In this document: piece after piece, positions 1 through 8,316 of the stretch
Layout of the letters: each line of letters starts with the position of its first letter
Position numbering within the stretch: position 1 is the first letter of the stretch
Source: a bacterium
GTDB lineage: Bacteria; SAR324; JACQKK01
Direction: 5' to 3'
Length of the DNA stretch: 64,000 nucleotides
Assembly (NCBI GenBank): GCA_965240465.1
Contig: OZ251219.1
Coordinates: 384,001 to 448,000 of the forward strand
Notes under the pieces: generated by a model
What the model saw: only the letters and a program-made list of their open reading frames with translations
Database searches by the model: none
What the model was told of the DNA's origin: nothing
Translations under genes and position numbers: made by a program

Positions 1-354
1 CACGGCGTGAATACCGCTTTGATGTCTAAGACCATAGTTTGGTAGCCAGCGTATGGCTTGCAGATCGGCAGCAATAATTTCCACCAGCAACCGAGATTGC
101 TGCTGGCTCGCCAGACGATCACGTAAAACAACGCTTTGCTGGGAGATAATCCCAAAGGTGCTGTAGGTCAAACCCATCACCACCGAAAGCAATAAAATGG
201 CGATCAGCACCTCTAGCAAGGTGAAAGCTTTATAGCATCCCTGATTGCGTTCCCCTTTGCATGCCCATTCGCATGCCCCTTTGCGTTCCCCTTTGCGTTC
301 CCCTTTGCATGCCCCTTTGCATGCCCCTTTGCATTTACATTGCCTAGACCACAT
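1..354 (-). CDS. gspJ: Type II secretion minor pseudopilin GspJ-like (5' part; runs off the window)
   Basis: Manual translation from ATG at 354: MWSRQCKCKGAC...YKAFTLLEVLIAILLLSVMGL, a class III (prepilin) N-methylation motif; lies downstream of gspI. Confidence 0.75.
   Translation of the reverse strand, partial: MWSRQCKCKGACKGACKGERKGERKGACEWACKGERNQGCYKAFTLLEVLIAILLLSVVMGLTYSTFGIISQQSVVLRDRLASQQQSRLLVEIIAADLQAIRWLPNYGLRHQSGIHAV
247..335. repeat. 12-bp tandem repeat (cccctttgcatg/cccctttgcgtt), about 7 copies, encoding KGAC/KGER in the GspJ leader
   Basis: Directly visible. Confidence 0.9.
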
Positions 355-380
355 TTTTTCCGACCTCAATTCCAGCCGCT

Positions 381-776
381 TTATAAATTAGGCAACAGCA
401 CTTCACTGCGATAACTCTGAGATTGAGAGCCATTTTGCCAATTCCATTCTAATTCTACATATCGTAGCTGTAGCCCCGGGATCAACTCTCTAAGCTCCAC
501 CTTCCGACTCCATTTCATACCCGCCAAAGGATGCTCTTCATCATAGGTTCCAGCTTGACTGATAATGCTTGCACTGGAGCGTTCCAATTGCATTATTTCA
601 TTGTGAGCGTGTGTCATCACCCGTTGTAAATCAACCGTGTTCAAACGAGCCCGCAACACAGTGGAAAAACCCTGATGCAAAGCCACTAGGGCGGTAGCCA
701 TAATCGCCAAAGCCACCAACACCTCCAGCAGAGTAAAACCATCCCCTGCCTTGCTATGTGAAAAAACTCTCCCCAA
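381..776 (-). CDS. gspI: Type II secretion minor pseudopilin GspI
   Basis: GFTLLEVLVALAI prepilin motif, 131 aa, position between gspH and gspJ. Confidence 0.8.
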   Translation of the reverse strand: MGRVFSHSKAGDGFTLLEVLVALAIMATALVALHQGFSTVLRARLNTVDLQRVMTHAHNEIMQLERSSASIISQAGTYDEEHPLAGMKWSRKVELRELIPGLQLRYVELEWNWQNGSQSQSYRSEVLLPNL

Positions 777-826
777 AAACTGCTTATCCTTTCTGCTCCT
801 GAACGACCTGCTCTTAAAAAAAGATG

Positions 827-1477
827 CTAGGGCAAGTCCTCATTTACTAATTCAATGCCGCTGGTAAATCCCTTACTTTGAAGCACATAAGTTTCACCGC
901 GGTAGTCCGCCCAAAGACGGAAAGAATCCGAAAACCCCGAAGGGTCAATGTAGATAATACCACTATTTCCTAATACCCGTTGCTCCAATATTTCCATATG
1001 CAGCAATTTGATGCCCTTAGGCAACTCCCGCGGCTGTAAATACTTGGGTTGTTGTAATACCTCCACCCGACCATCCCTACTAATACGCTCCACCTGCCAT
1101 CGGGACTTCGGCAACTCAAACACCATCCGATAACTATGCCTACGCAATACCGCCTCATTACGCAGCAAACGCAAGACTCCATTTAAGCGGCGCGCCTCTT
1201 GAACCATCCCACTCTCCAGCAATGAGCTAAATGACGGCACCGCCAACGCCGCCACCACCGCCAACAAAGTTAGCACGATCAACAATTCCAGCAGGGTGAA
1301 ACCTCTGGCTTTGCCAAGCTGAGCAGAATGCCTACCAGAGTGACCGCCTCCCCCAGAGTGATCGCCTCCACCAGAGTGACCGCCTCCCCCAGAGTGACCG
1401 CCTCCCCCAGAGTGATCGCCTCCACCAGAGTTCGTTGCCCGCTCTGCGAAACAGCAGGACCCTTTAGCAAAAAACAT
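827..1477 (-). CDS. gspH: Type II secretion minor pseudopilin GspH
   Basis: RGFTLLELLIVL prepilin motif, follows gspG; long repeat-containing leader, start uncertain. Confidence 0.8.
   Translation of the reverse strand: MFFAKGSCCFAERATNSGGGDHSGGGGHSGGGGHSGGGDHSGGGGHSGRHSAQLGKARGFTLLELLIVLTLLAVVAALAVPSFSSLLESGMVQEARRLNGVLRLLRNEAVLRRHSYRMVFELPKSRWQVERISRDGRVEVLQQPKYLQPRELPKGIKLLHMEILEQRVLGNSGIIYIDPSGFSDSFRLWADYRGETYVLQSKGFTSGIELVNEDLP
1335..1431. repeat. 18-bp tandem repeat, about 5.4 copies, encoding GGG(D/G)HS in the GspH leader
   Basis: ccagagtgaccgcctccc units at 1335, 1353, 1371, 1389, 1407. Confidence 0.95.
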
Positions 1478-1520
1478 CGGAAAGAGCCTTTTAAGTACCG
1501 AGGACTAAAACTCTCCCACC

Positions 1521-2081
1521 TTAGAAATCATTACTGGATATATCTGCTGATTCCTCATCGCCTCCTTGGCGACCATCAGCACCGTAAGAAACGATCTCAT
1601 ATTCTCGGCCATCGGAGGAGGAGTACACAAAGGGTCGTTTCCAGCCGTCTGCAGGCAATTTACGACTTTTTAGGTATGGTCCTTGCCATTGTTCGGCGAG
1701 GGGGTCAACCGCGGGTCTTTCCAGCAAGGCATTTAATCCTTGCTCAGTGGTCGGATAAAAGGAGTTGTGCAGGCGATATAAATCCAGCGAGGTTTGTAGG
1801 GAACGCATTTGCAAACGGGTGGTATCCACCTTGGCTTTATCAACTTCCCCAAAGATCTGCACGCTCACGATGCCAACCAGCAGGGCTAAGATTACCAGTA
1901 CCACCAGAATTTCAATAAAGGTGAAGCCTGTTGCTCGTCCCAGTGGTTTTTCCGAGCTTTGCTTATTTAAGGGCTGGGACCACCATTTATTTTTTTTAAT
2001 CACTCGTTTGGCTTTGGCTATCGCTCCCAGTATTTCTAATCCAGCGGTTACTATTGTAAATATGATTACTATTTTTTTCAT
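1521..2081 (-). CDS. gspG: Type II secretion major pseudopilin GspG
   Basis: GFTFIEILVVLVIL, YPTTEQGLNALL, WQGPYL, DGW, SYGADG motifs typical of GspG. Confidence 0.95.
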   Translation of the reverse strand: MKKIVIIFTIVTAGLEILGAIAKAKRVIKKNKWWSQPLNKQSSEKPLGRATGFTFIEILVVLVILALLVGIVSVQIFGEVDKAKVDTTRLQMRSLQTSLDLYRLHNSFYPTTEQGLNALLERPAVDPLAEQWQGPYLKSRKLPADGWKRPFVYSSSDGREYEIVSYGADGRQGGDEESADISSNDF

Positions 2082-2127
2082 TTTTTCACTCCATAAGAAA
2101 CATATTTTTGCTACCGAAGAGGGATTT

Positions 2128-3339
2128 CTAAGACAGCAATTGATTAAGTTGAAACAAGGGAAGCAAAACAGAAATCACAATAAATCCTACCAATACTCCC
2201 ATGATTAATATCATAGCTGGTTCCATCAAGGAGGTAAGAGCACTCAAGCGGTCTCGCAGTTCATACTCCAGACGGCGGGCAGCATTTGACAGCAAGGAAT
2301 CTAAGGCCGCAGTTTCTTCTCCGATGGCGGCCATCTGACAAATATCCTCTGGGAACACTCCCGTAGAACGCATCGCGGCGGATAAAGAAGCTCCACGATT
2401 TTGTACGTCAAAGATAACATGTTCTGCAGCTTGGATGTAAACATGATTTTCTAACACCTGTTTCGACACTTCCAAAGCTTCTTTCATTTCCACCCCATTT
2501 TGCAGCAGAATGGATAGACTTTCTGTAAAACGCTGCAATAATTGTTGTTTCAACAAGGCACCATAAATAGGAATTCTCAGCTGATTCCGATGCCACCATT
2601 GCCGACCCTTATCAGAACGGACAAACCTAATCCAAAGACGCACCAATGATACTATTACAATCAGCACCAACCACCACCAATTGGTTAAAACATTGCTACT
2701 CCCAATTAATATCCTAGTAGGCAGAGGCAAGGTACCTCCAAATTGGTCAAACAAAACCGCCACCTTAGGAACCACAAAACTCAGCAAAAAAGCGACCACT
2801 CCAAAACCAAATAGCATCATAAAAACAGGATATACCAAAGCGGAAGTTAAGCGATTTTTTAACTTATTTAGTTCTTCATAATATCGTGCTAGCCGCTCCA
2901 TGATGTGGTCTAGGCGGCCGCTGGTTTCTCCGCTACGCACCATGCTGATAACTAAGGGCGGAAATTCTTTGGGTTCTTTAGCCATTGCATCGGCCAAATA
3001 TACTCCTTCTGCTACCTGTTCTCGGACTCTCCCCAGCATTTCTTTGGTGTGTGCGTGGGAGGATTCATTTTGCAACATTCCCAGAACCGCATCATAAGCA
3101 ATCCCCGCTTTTAGCAGGATAGACATCTGCTGACAAAAATTAGCCAGACGTCCTAAGTTAAAACTTTTGCGTCTAGACTTAAGCCAAACCCGCCAAGAAA
3201 ACCAAGACACCCGTAAAGACAACGTTTGAATTTGACGCTCGCTCAATAGCAGGTAGGCCTGCTGCTTGTTACGAGCAGTAATAGCCCCGTGGACGGTGCG
3301 TCCTTCTTTATTTATTCCTTTATAGGTGTAGTTTTGCAT
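2128..3339 (-). CDS. gspF: Type II secretion inner-membrane platform protein GspF
   Basis: SGETSGRLD, ALVYP, IGEET, EPAMIL motifs; 403 aa. Confidence 0.95.
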   Translation of the reverse strand: MQNYTYKGINKEGRTVHGAITARNKQQAYLLLSERQIQTLSLRVSWFSWRVWLKSRRKSFNLGRLANFCQQMSILLKAGIAYDAVLGMLQNESSHAHTKEMLGRVREQVAEGVYLADAMAKEPKEFPPLVISMVRSGETSGRLDHIMERLARYYEELNKLKNRLTSALVYPVFMMLFGFGVVAFLLSFVVPKVAVLFDQFGGTLPLPTRILIGSSNVLTNWWWLVLIVIVSLVRLWIRFVRSDKGRQWWHRNQLRIPIYGALLKQQLLQRFTESLSILLQNGVEMKEALEVSKQVLENHVYIQAAEHVIFDVQNRGASLSAAMRSTGVFPEDICQMAAIGEETAALDSLLSNAARRLEYELRDRLSALTSLMEPAMILIMGVLVGFIVISVLLPLFQLNQLLS

Positions 3340-3350
3340 CGGAAAGCTAC

Positions 3351-4577
3351 CTAGCGTTTTGGACGGCGAATCTGATAACGATAAACAGCCTTAGAATGAG
3401 TGGCAAAATCTTTAGAAAAAAAGTGACTACCATCACCCTTGGAAACAAAATAAAGATAATCGCTTTCTTCAGGCTCTAAAACTGATCTCAAGCTCGCCAA
3501 GCCCGGACTAGCAATGGGAGTGGGCGGTAATCCTTTAATAATGTAAGTATTGTAAGGAGTCCAAGCTCGCAAATGAGAACGCTTAATGTTGCCATCAAAA
3601 TTAGTCAGTCCGTAAATCACGGTGGGATCAGTCTGCAATTTGATATCCTTACCCAAACGATTATGAAACACCGACGATATCAAATGGCGTTCCTTAACAT
3701 TGCCAGTTTCTTTTTCCACAATGGAGGCTAATATAATCACCTGATAAGAACTAAGATTGTTAGGACTGGGCTGTCTAAAAATAAAGCGGGCTTGTCGCAA
3801 AAATTCCCTCGCCATGGATCGCAAAACCAACTCTGCAGAGCTATCCACCGTAAAATAATAAGTCTCCGGTAATAACAAACCCTCTAAAGACAACGGAGAT
3901 TGCTCAAAAGGAAGTCCCAAAGAAGCAATGAAAGTTGCATCATAGGCTAGTCTTAAAAACTCGGTTTTAGTAGTGATCCCTTTATCACCAAATTGCTGGG
4001 CAATTTCTCTTAGGTTAAATCCTTCTGGAATGGTCATCCTGACTAACTGCACATTCCCCTGCACCAGTCGCTGAACCAATACTCGCACCGAAGGACGCTC
4101 ATTAAAAACATACTCCCCAGGCTTCAAATTCCTATCCCCTCCATGCAAACGAGCCCATAAATGCACCCAGTCTGGATAAGGCATCTCACCCCGAGATACC
4201 AAATCAACAGTCACTCCAGCTAATGAATCCCCACGCTGAACCTCAAATTGTATTGCTCCATTTAACCCCGGCAATACCGAAACCCATACCCATAAACCAC
4301 CATATCCCAACCCCAAACAAAGCAACACTGCCAAAATCCAGCCCAGACATTTATGTCTTAACCACCTCGCTAAGAAGACCGGTGCCGATATAAATTGCCT
4401 ACCCTTATGCCAAATATACTTAAAACCCTTCTTTGGCCTATCCATTAAGACCTTCCACCATCTCTGTTCTAGATTTTTTACCTCATTTGGCAAAGATAGC
4501 TTTTTAGCTGGGCTGGATTTTGCCGACTGTCTCTTACGCCTAATGACTGCTGGTGAAGGGGAAGTTTTTTTTCGCAT
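3351..4577 (-). CDS. mltG: Endolytic transglycosylase MltG (YceG family)
   Basis: TIPEGF, LEGLLLPETY, ASIVEKE (catalytic Glu), LQTDPTVIY, PYNTY, GLPPTPIASPG. Confidence 0.95.
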   Translation of the reverse strand: MRKKTSPSPAVIRRKRQSAKSSPAKKLSLPNEVKNLEQRWWKVLMDRPKKGFKYIWHKGRQFISAPVFLARWLRHKCLGWILAVLLCLGLGYGGLWVWVSVLPGLNGAIQFEVQRGDSLAGVTVDLVSRGEMPYPDWVHLWARLHGGDRNLKPGEYVFNERPSVRVLVQRLVQGNVQLVRMTIPEGFNLREIAQQFGDKGITTKTEFLRLAYDATFIASLGLPFEQSPLSLEGLLLPETYYFTVDSSAELVLRSMAREFLRQARFIFRQPSPNNLSSYQVIILASIVEKETGNVKERHLISSVFHNRLGKDIKLQTDPTVIYGLTNFDGNIKRSHLRAWTPYNTYIIKGLPPTPIASPGLASLRSVLEPEESDYLYFVSKGDGSHFFSKDFATHSKAVYRYQIRRPKR

Positions 4578-4641
4578 ATTGATTTTTCCTGCATTAAATT
4601 GCCGATCTAACTATGACAGATAGCCTCATTCTGCTAAATTG

Positions 4642-5499
4642 CTAGATACGCAATCGGGGTTTAGCCAAGTGTCCTTCCAAATAAAAACGCAACTGACCTT
4701 GCTTAAGATAGCCTTCTAACAAAGGACGAATCCCTCCTAATTTTTCCATCCAATTTTGCCGAGGAGTCAATTGTGCCTGCAAACTTAAAACGCTATTTCG
4801 TGGATTACTGGCATTCCATTGGATGCTACCACTGATTTCTCCTTCCCAATCTCCCTCTACTCGTAGCTCCCGTAATTGCACTGTTCCATCCGATTCAATC
4901 CTTAACTGAACCCGTCCAATCTCCAACTTAGGCACTGAAAACCCTAGTACTTGCAATCCTCCTAGGCTCAAATCATCCACCATAGCTTCCAGACTTCCTT
5001 GGGGAGCCACCTTTCTATTAGACCATGATACCATCGCTTTCGCCCTGAGATCACCACCGACTACCATCCTGCCAAAACCTTGCTCTTCTAAAACCTGCCA
5101 GATTGATAACTCTTCTAAAGGTAACTTCATCCGCAAGCGAAACTTACCCGAAGATGACCACGGTAACCGCACCCGAATACGACCTCGTTTTCCAGTACGC
5201 AACCGCAACAAAGGACCTCCAAATAGAGACTCCAACAATGACACATTGGCACTCTTTAACGAAACTACCGGTGCTTTGACCTCACTCAAACGAGCAATTA
5301 ATCCTGAACTCCCTATCCCATTCCATCTAATTCCCACCTGCTTAACCTCCCAACTCCAGCCTGTAGCACGCTCCAGCTCGTGGCGTATGGTATCGGTCAC
5401 CACTCCCCGAGGAAAATTCACTACCAACCCCACAAACATAGAAGCTGAGAATAAACCCAGTCCCCACAGCAAATAGGTTTTTCTACTGTGCATCTGCAT
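4642..5499 (-). CDS. gspN: Type II secretion protein GspN-like
   Basis: N-terminal TM followed by FP, beta-rich body, C-terminal LEGHLAKPRL; follows gspL-gspM. Confidence 0.6.
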   Translation of the reverse strand: MQMHSRKTYLLWGLGLFSASMFVGLVVNFPRGVVTDTIRHELERATGWSWEVKQVGIRWNGIGSSGLIARLSEVKAPVVSLKSANVSLLESLFGGPLLRLRTGKRGRIRVRLPWSSSGKFRLRMKLPLEELSIWQVLEEQGFGRMVVGGDLRAKAMVSWSNRKVAPQGSLEAMVDDLSLGGLQVLGFSVPKLEIGRVQLRIESDGTVQLRELRVEGDWEGEISGSIQWNASNPRNSVLSLQAQLTPRQNWMEKLGGIRPLLEGYLKQGQLRFYLEGHLAKPRLRI

Positions 5500-5567
5500 G
5501 CTAATCTACCTTCTCTTTATCCTTCCAAAACTAACTTCCTAAAGTAATTACAACCATCCACCTAAGA

Positions 5568-6080
5568 TTACAAACCCACCACCTGCAACCGCAACCGTAG
5601 TAAATCCGGATTGTTAAATGCTCTGCTAACCTCTGATAGTCGTATCACCATCGGCACAGATGATGACTCTATCAAATAGATCATATAAACCACTTCGTCC
5701 CATGGTAGGGCATCTATCTGTACTTCTACGCTGGCAACGCTTCTTGTGTTGCTGGCTATTTCCTTTATTTTTACCTGCTCTTGCAATCCCAGCTGCCCTA
5801 CCAATAATTCCAAATGACTTAAAATATTTATCTCTCTCCTTTTGTTAACCAAAGCCTGTAAACGTTTCTTTTCAACCTTCAATTGTTGAGCACTGCGTAA
5901 ATTGAAACGCTGATTCTTCAATTCAACCTCCATATCGTGAGATCGCCTTAATACCCCGCCAATCGTCCAGTACATCAACAACCCCAACAACAATGCCGTC
6001 ATCCCTCCCAACAAAAATCTCTCCCGCCTAGATAAAGAATCCCAAAGTGCAACCACCACCTGCCAGCGTTCTCCATTCAT
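5568..6080 (-). CDS. gspM: Type II secretion protein GspM-like
   Basis: WDSLSRRERFLL then TM, coiled coil, ferredoxin-like C-terminus; overlaps the gspL stop. Confidence 0.75.
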   Translation of the reverse strand: MNGERWQVVVALWDSLSRRERFLLGGMTALLLGLLMYWTIGGVLRRSHDMEVELKNQRFNLRSAQQLKVEKKRLQALVNKRREINILSHLELLVGQLGLQEQVKIKEIASNTRSVASVEVQIDALPWDEVVYMIYLIESSSVPMVIRLSEVSRAFNNPDLLRLRLQVVGL

Positions 6081-8095
6081 TTCTTCTCCTCCTTTGATTC
6101 TTCCCTTACTGGATTGAATAATGATCCTTCAATTTGTATGGGATCAATCTTCAATTCTTTCAGCTGCAATATCTTATCACTTGGCTTAATAATCTTTGGC
6201 TCAGTGATATTCTTGGGAAGCTTTGGCTCAGTGATATTCTTGGGAAGCTTTGGCTCAGTGATATTCTTGGGAAGCTTTGGCTCAACCTTTAGATTACCGC
6301 CTGTTGGCTTATCCTCTGCTGATTTGCCTTCTGCTGATTTGCCCTCTGCTGATTTGTCTGCTGGCTTATCGTCTTCTAATTCCGTTTTAATTAATTTATC
6401 TCCTAAGTTGCTCTTTACTAATCTGGCACTGGGAGCAATCCCTGAACGATCCAAATTCAACTGAAACACGATCCCTTCCTTATTCCGACTATGAGTTAAA
6501 TTGGCTTTTGATCCAACCCATCCTGGTATTGCCATCAAGCTATCCCTTAGGAATTCTGAATCTGTATAGACCTTCACTCGCCCTCCCAGCACTAATTCTG
6601 ATCCTGTATAGCGAAAATTATCCACCTGAGTACCTATTCTTCCTTTGAGGGATTTTGATATTTCTTTAAATAGTCTAAGTACCTCATATTGATATATTCC
6701 CAGGAGCTCTACCTCCTTATATTGCGACCTTAGGTCGCCTACTTCCTTAGCTAGACGTCCCAGGGCATCATCTATTGCCAAGGGAGATAAATTTCCTTGC
6801 AAGCCCAGATTCTTTTGTACTTCGGTACTTAATATATCTAGCTTCTTTTGCCGACCTTGCAACTGATGACTTAAATTCTTCCCTCCAAAGAAACACACCA
6901 ACAGAAACAATCCCAAGGTGGTAGCCAAACCCACCCGATGCTCACGCAGCCAAGATGCCCACACAGCTTTACCCCGATAAAAACTAGTACCTGTCATCCC
7001 TATCATGGGGTGATTTCCCCTTACCAAGTACTTCAATAGGCCTTGTTGCTCTTTAATTTTTGTCTGCTTTGCCTTAGTATTTTTGGTTAGTTCCAATCCA
7101 TTTTCCAGGGACCATTGCAATTTATCAGCATGATCTCCATGCAACGATACCCGACAATTCTTAGCTATTCCCTGTAATCGCATCCAATTGACTACCGCCA
7201 GACAGACAGCTCTTAAATCCTTATCAGGTGGAGAATCTGCCAGCTGCGATGGCAAAACATAGCTCCTATACAAGCTTCCCGCCAAGATATGATTAACCAA
7301 ACATTCACCTTGACCTAGGTACACCTGTACGTATTCATTGGTTTTTGCTGCTGGCAAGCTTTCATATAATGCTTGTGCCGAGAAGGTCACTCTCCGTACA
7401 TGCAGCCTTTTTTCTTCACATACACCCACCCACTCCATCAATGGTTGCTTAGCCAGTAAGCGTACCAACACTTCGTTACTGCCTTCTTTGGCAGAAATCG
7501 GCAAAGAGGAAAAATCGTACACTAAATTATCTAGACCTTCTAATAGCTCGCTGTGCAGTTCAAAGCTGAGCACACTACGTATTTGATGTACCCTCTTCAC
7601 CCGTACCTCCACTACCCGATGGCGAACCCCAGTCGTTGCAACCACTAGTAGTAGACTGCCATGCGTCCACCCTAGGTAATTAATGAACGCTTTCAATCTA
7701 GCTGGAGAACACCATTCTAGTTCTGCCGATTTTTTATCATTATGTTGTTTCAGAGCAGATACTTCATTCACCGCAGTTTGAAACCGAAAACGAGCTCCTT
7801 CAGTAGAATCAAAATCAAGACTTTCAATCCTGTTTTTTGATACATACAAAATTCGCATACCTGCCCGCATCACCGGCTGAGATTCCGTACGCTGTTTAAT
7901 CACCTCTTTCCAGTGCTTAGCAAAGCTTTGCATCAGGCCATAGATTTTCAGCTTGGATATTTTTTGCAGACAAGATTGTCCCCGTGATTTTAATATCTCC
8001 CAAAACTTTCGCCCGTTTTTCCAAGAGGAAAGACAGAGGCCATTTTTTAGAATCTTGGCAAGGTTCTTTATTCTGTGGTGTCCTACAAATTTCAA
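6077..8095 (-). CDS. gspL: Type II secretion protein GspL/PilM-PilN-like, with repeat-rich C-terminal tail
   Basis: Actin-like cytoplasmic region (VLSFEL), single TM, coiled coil, PilN-like domain; position before gspM. Confidence 0.65.
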   Translation of the reverse strand: MKFVGHHRIKNLAKILKNGLCLSSWKNGRKFWEILKSRGQSCLQKISKLKIYGLMQSFAKHWKEVIKQRTESQPVMRAGMRILYVSKNRIESLDFDSTEGARFRFQTAVNEVSALKQHNDKKSAELEWCSPARLKAFINYLGWTHGSLLLVVATTGVRHRVVEVRVKRVHQIRSVLSFELHSELLEGLDNLVYDFSSLPISAKEGSNEVLVRLLAKQPLMEWVGVCEEKRLHVRRVTFSAQALYESLPAAKTNEYVQVYLGQGECLVNHILAGSLYRSYVLPSQLADSPPDKDLRAVCLAVVNWMRLQGIAKNCRVSLHGDHADKLQWSLENGLELTKNTKAKQTKIKEQQGLLKYLVRGNHPMIGMTGTSFYRGKAVWASWLREHRVGLATTLGLFLLVCFFGGKNLSHQLQGRQKKLDILSTEVQKNLGLQGNLSPLAIDDALGRLAKEVGDLRSQYKEVELLGIYQYEVLRLFKEISKSLKGRIGTQVDNFRYTGSELVLGGRVKVYTDSEFLRDSLMAIPGWVGSKANLTHSRNKEGIVFQLNLDRSGIAPSARLVKSNLGDKLIKTELEDDKPADKSAEGKSAEGKSAEDKPTGGNLKVEPKLPKNITEPKLPKNITEPKLPKNITEPKIIKPSDKILQLKELKIDPIQIEGSLFNPVREESKEEKK
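6194..6357. repeat. 27-bp repeat x3.4 (EPKLPKNIT) and 15-bp repeat x3 (KSAEG) in the gspL tail
   Basis: ctttggctcagtgatattcttgggaag at 6194, 6221, 6248; tctgctgatttg units at about 6312-6357. Confidence 0.95.
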
Positions 8096-8241
8096 GTGGT
8101 TATCCTTTGCCTGTTATTCTTTGCCTGTTATTCTTTATTTGCCAATGATAGCACAGGGCATTTTCATAAATTACAGATGTAAACCATCCATATAATTTTG
8201 ATAGATTAAATCTTTTATTGCAATGATTGGTTGCAAGCCAC

Positions 8242-8279
8242 AAAAGAAAAACCCCGCCCGGATGAAACCGAACAGGGTT
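8242..8279 (-). terminator. Probable rho-independent terminator after cfpA-1
   Basis: Minus strand AACCCTGTTCGG-tttcat-CCGGGCGGGGTT (12-bp stem with G-U pairs) followed by TTTCTTTT, about 40 nt after the stop. Confidence 0.75.
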
Positions 8280-8316
8280 AACAAAAATAGCTATCAGAAG
8301 TTGGACTCCTCTAGAA

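Noticed and set aside
1328-1918. Antisense and alternate-frame ORFs in the track (e.g. 1328..1918, 28184..28660, 43162..43692, 55995..56477, 26834..27223)
   Set aside because: They shadow well-supported genes or arise from repeats and skewed composition that deplete stop codons.
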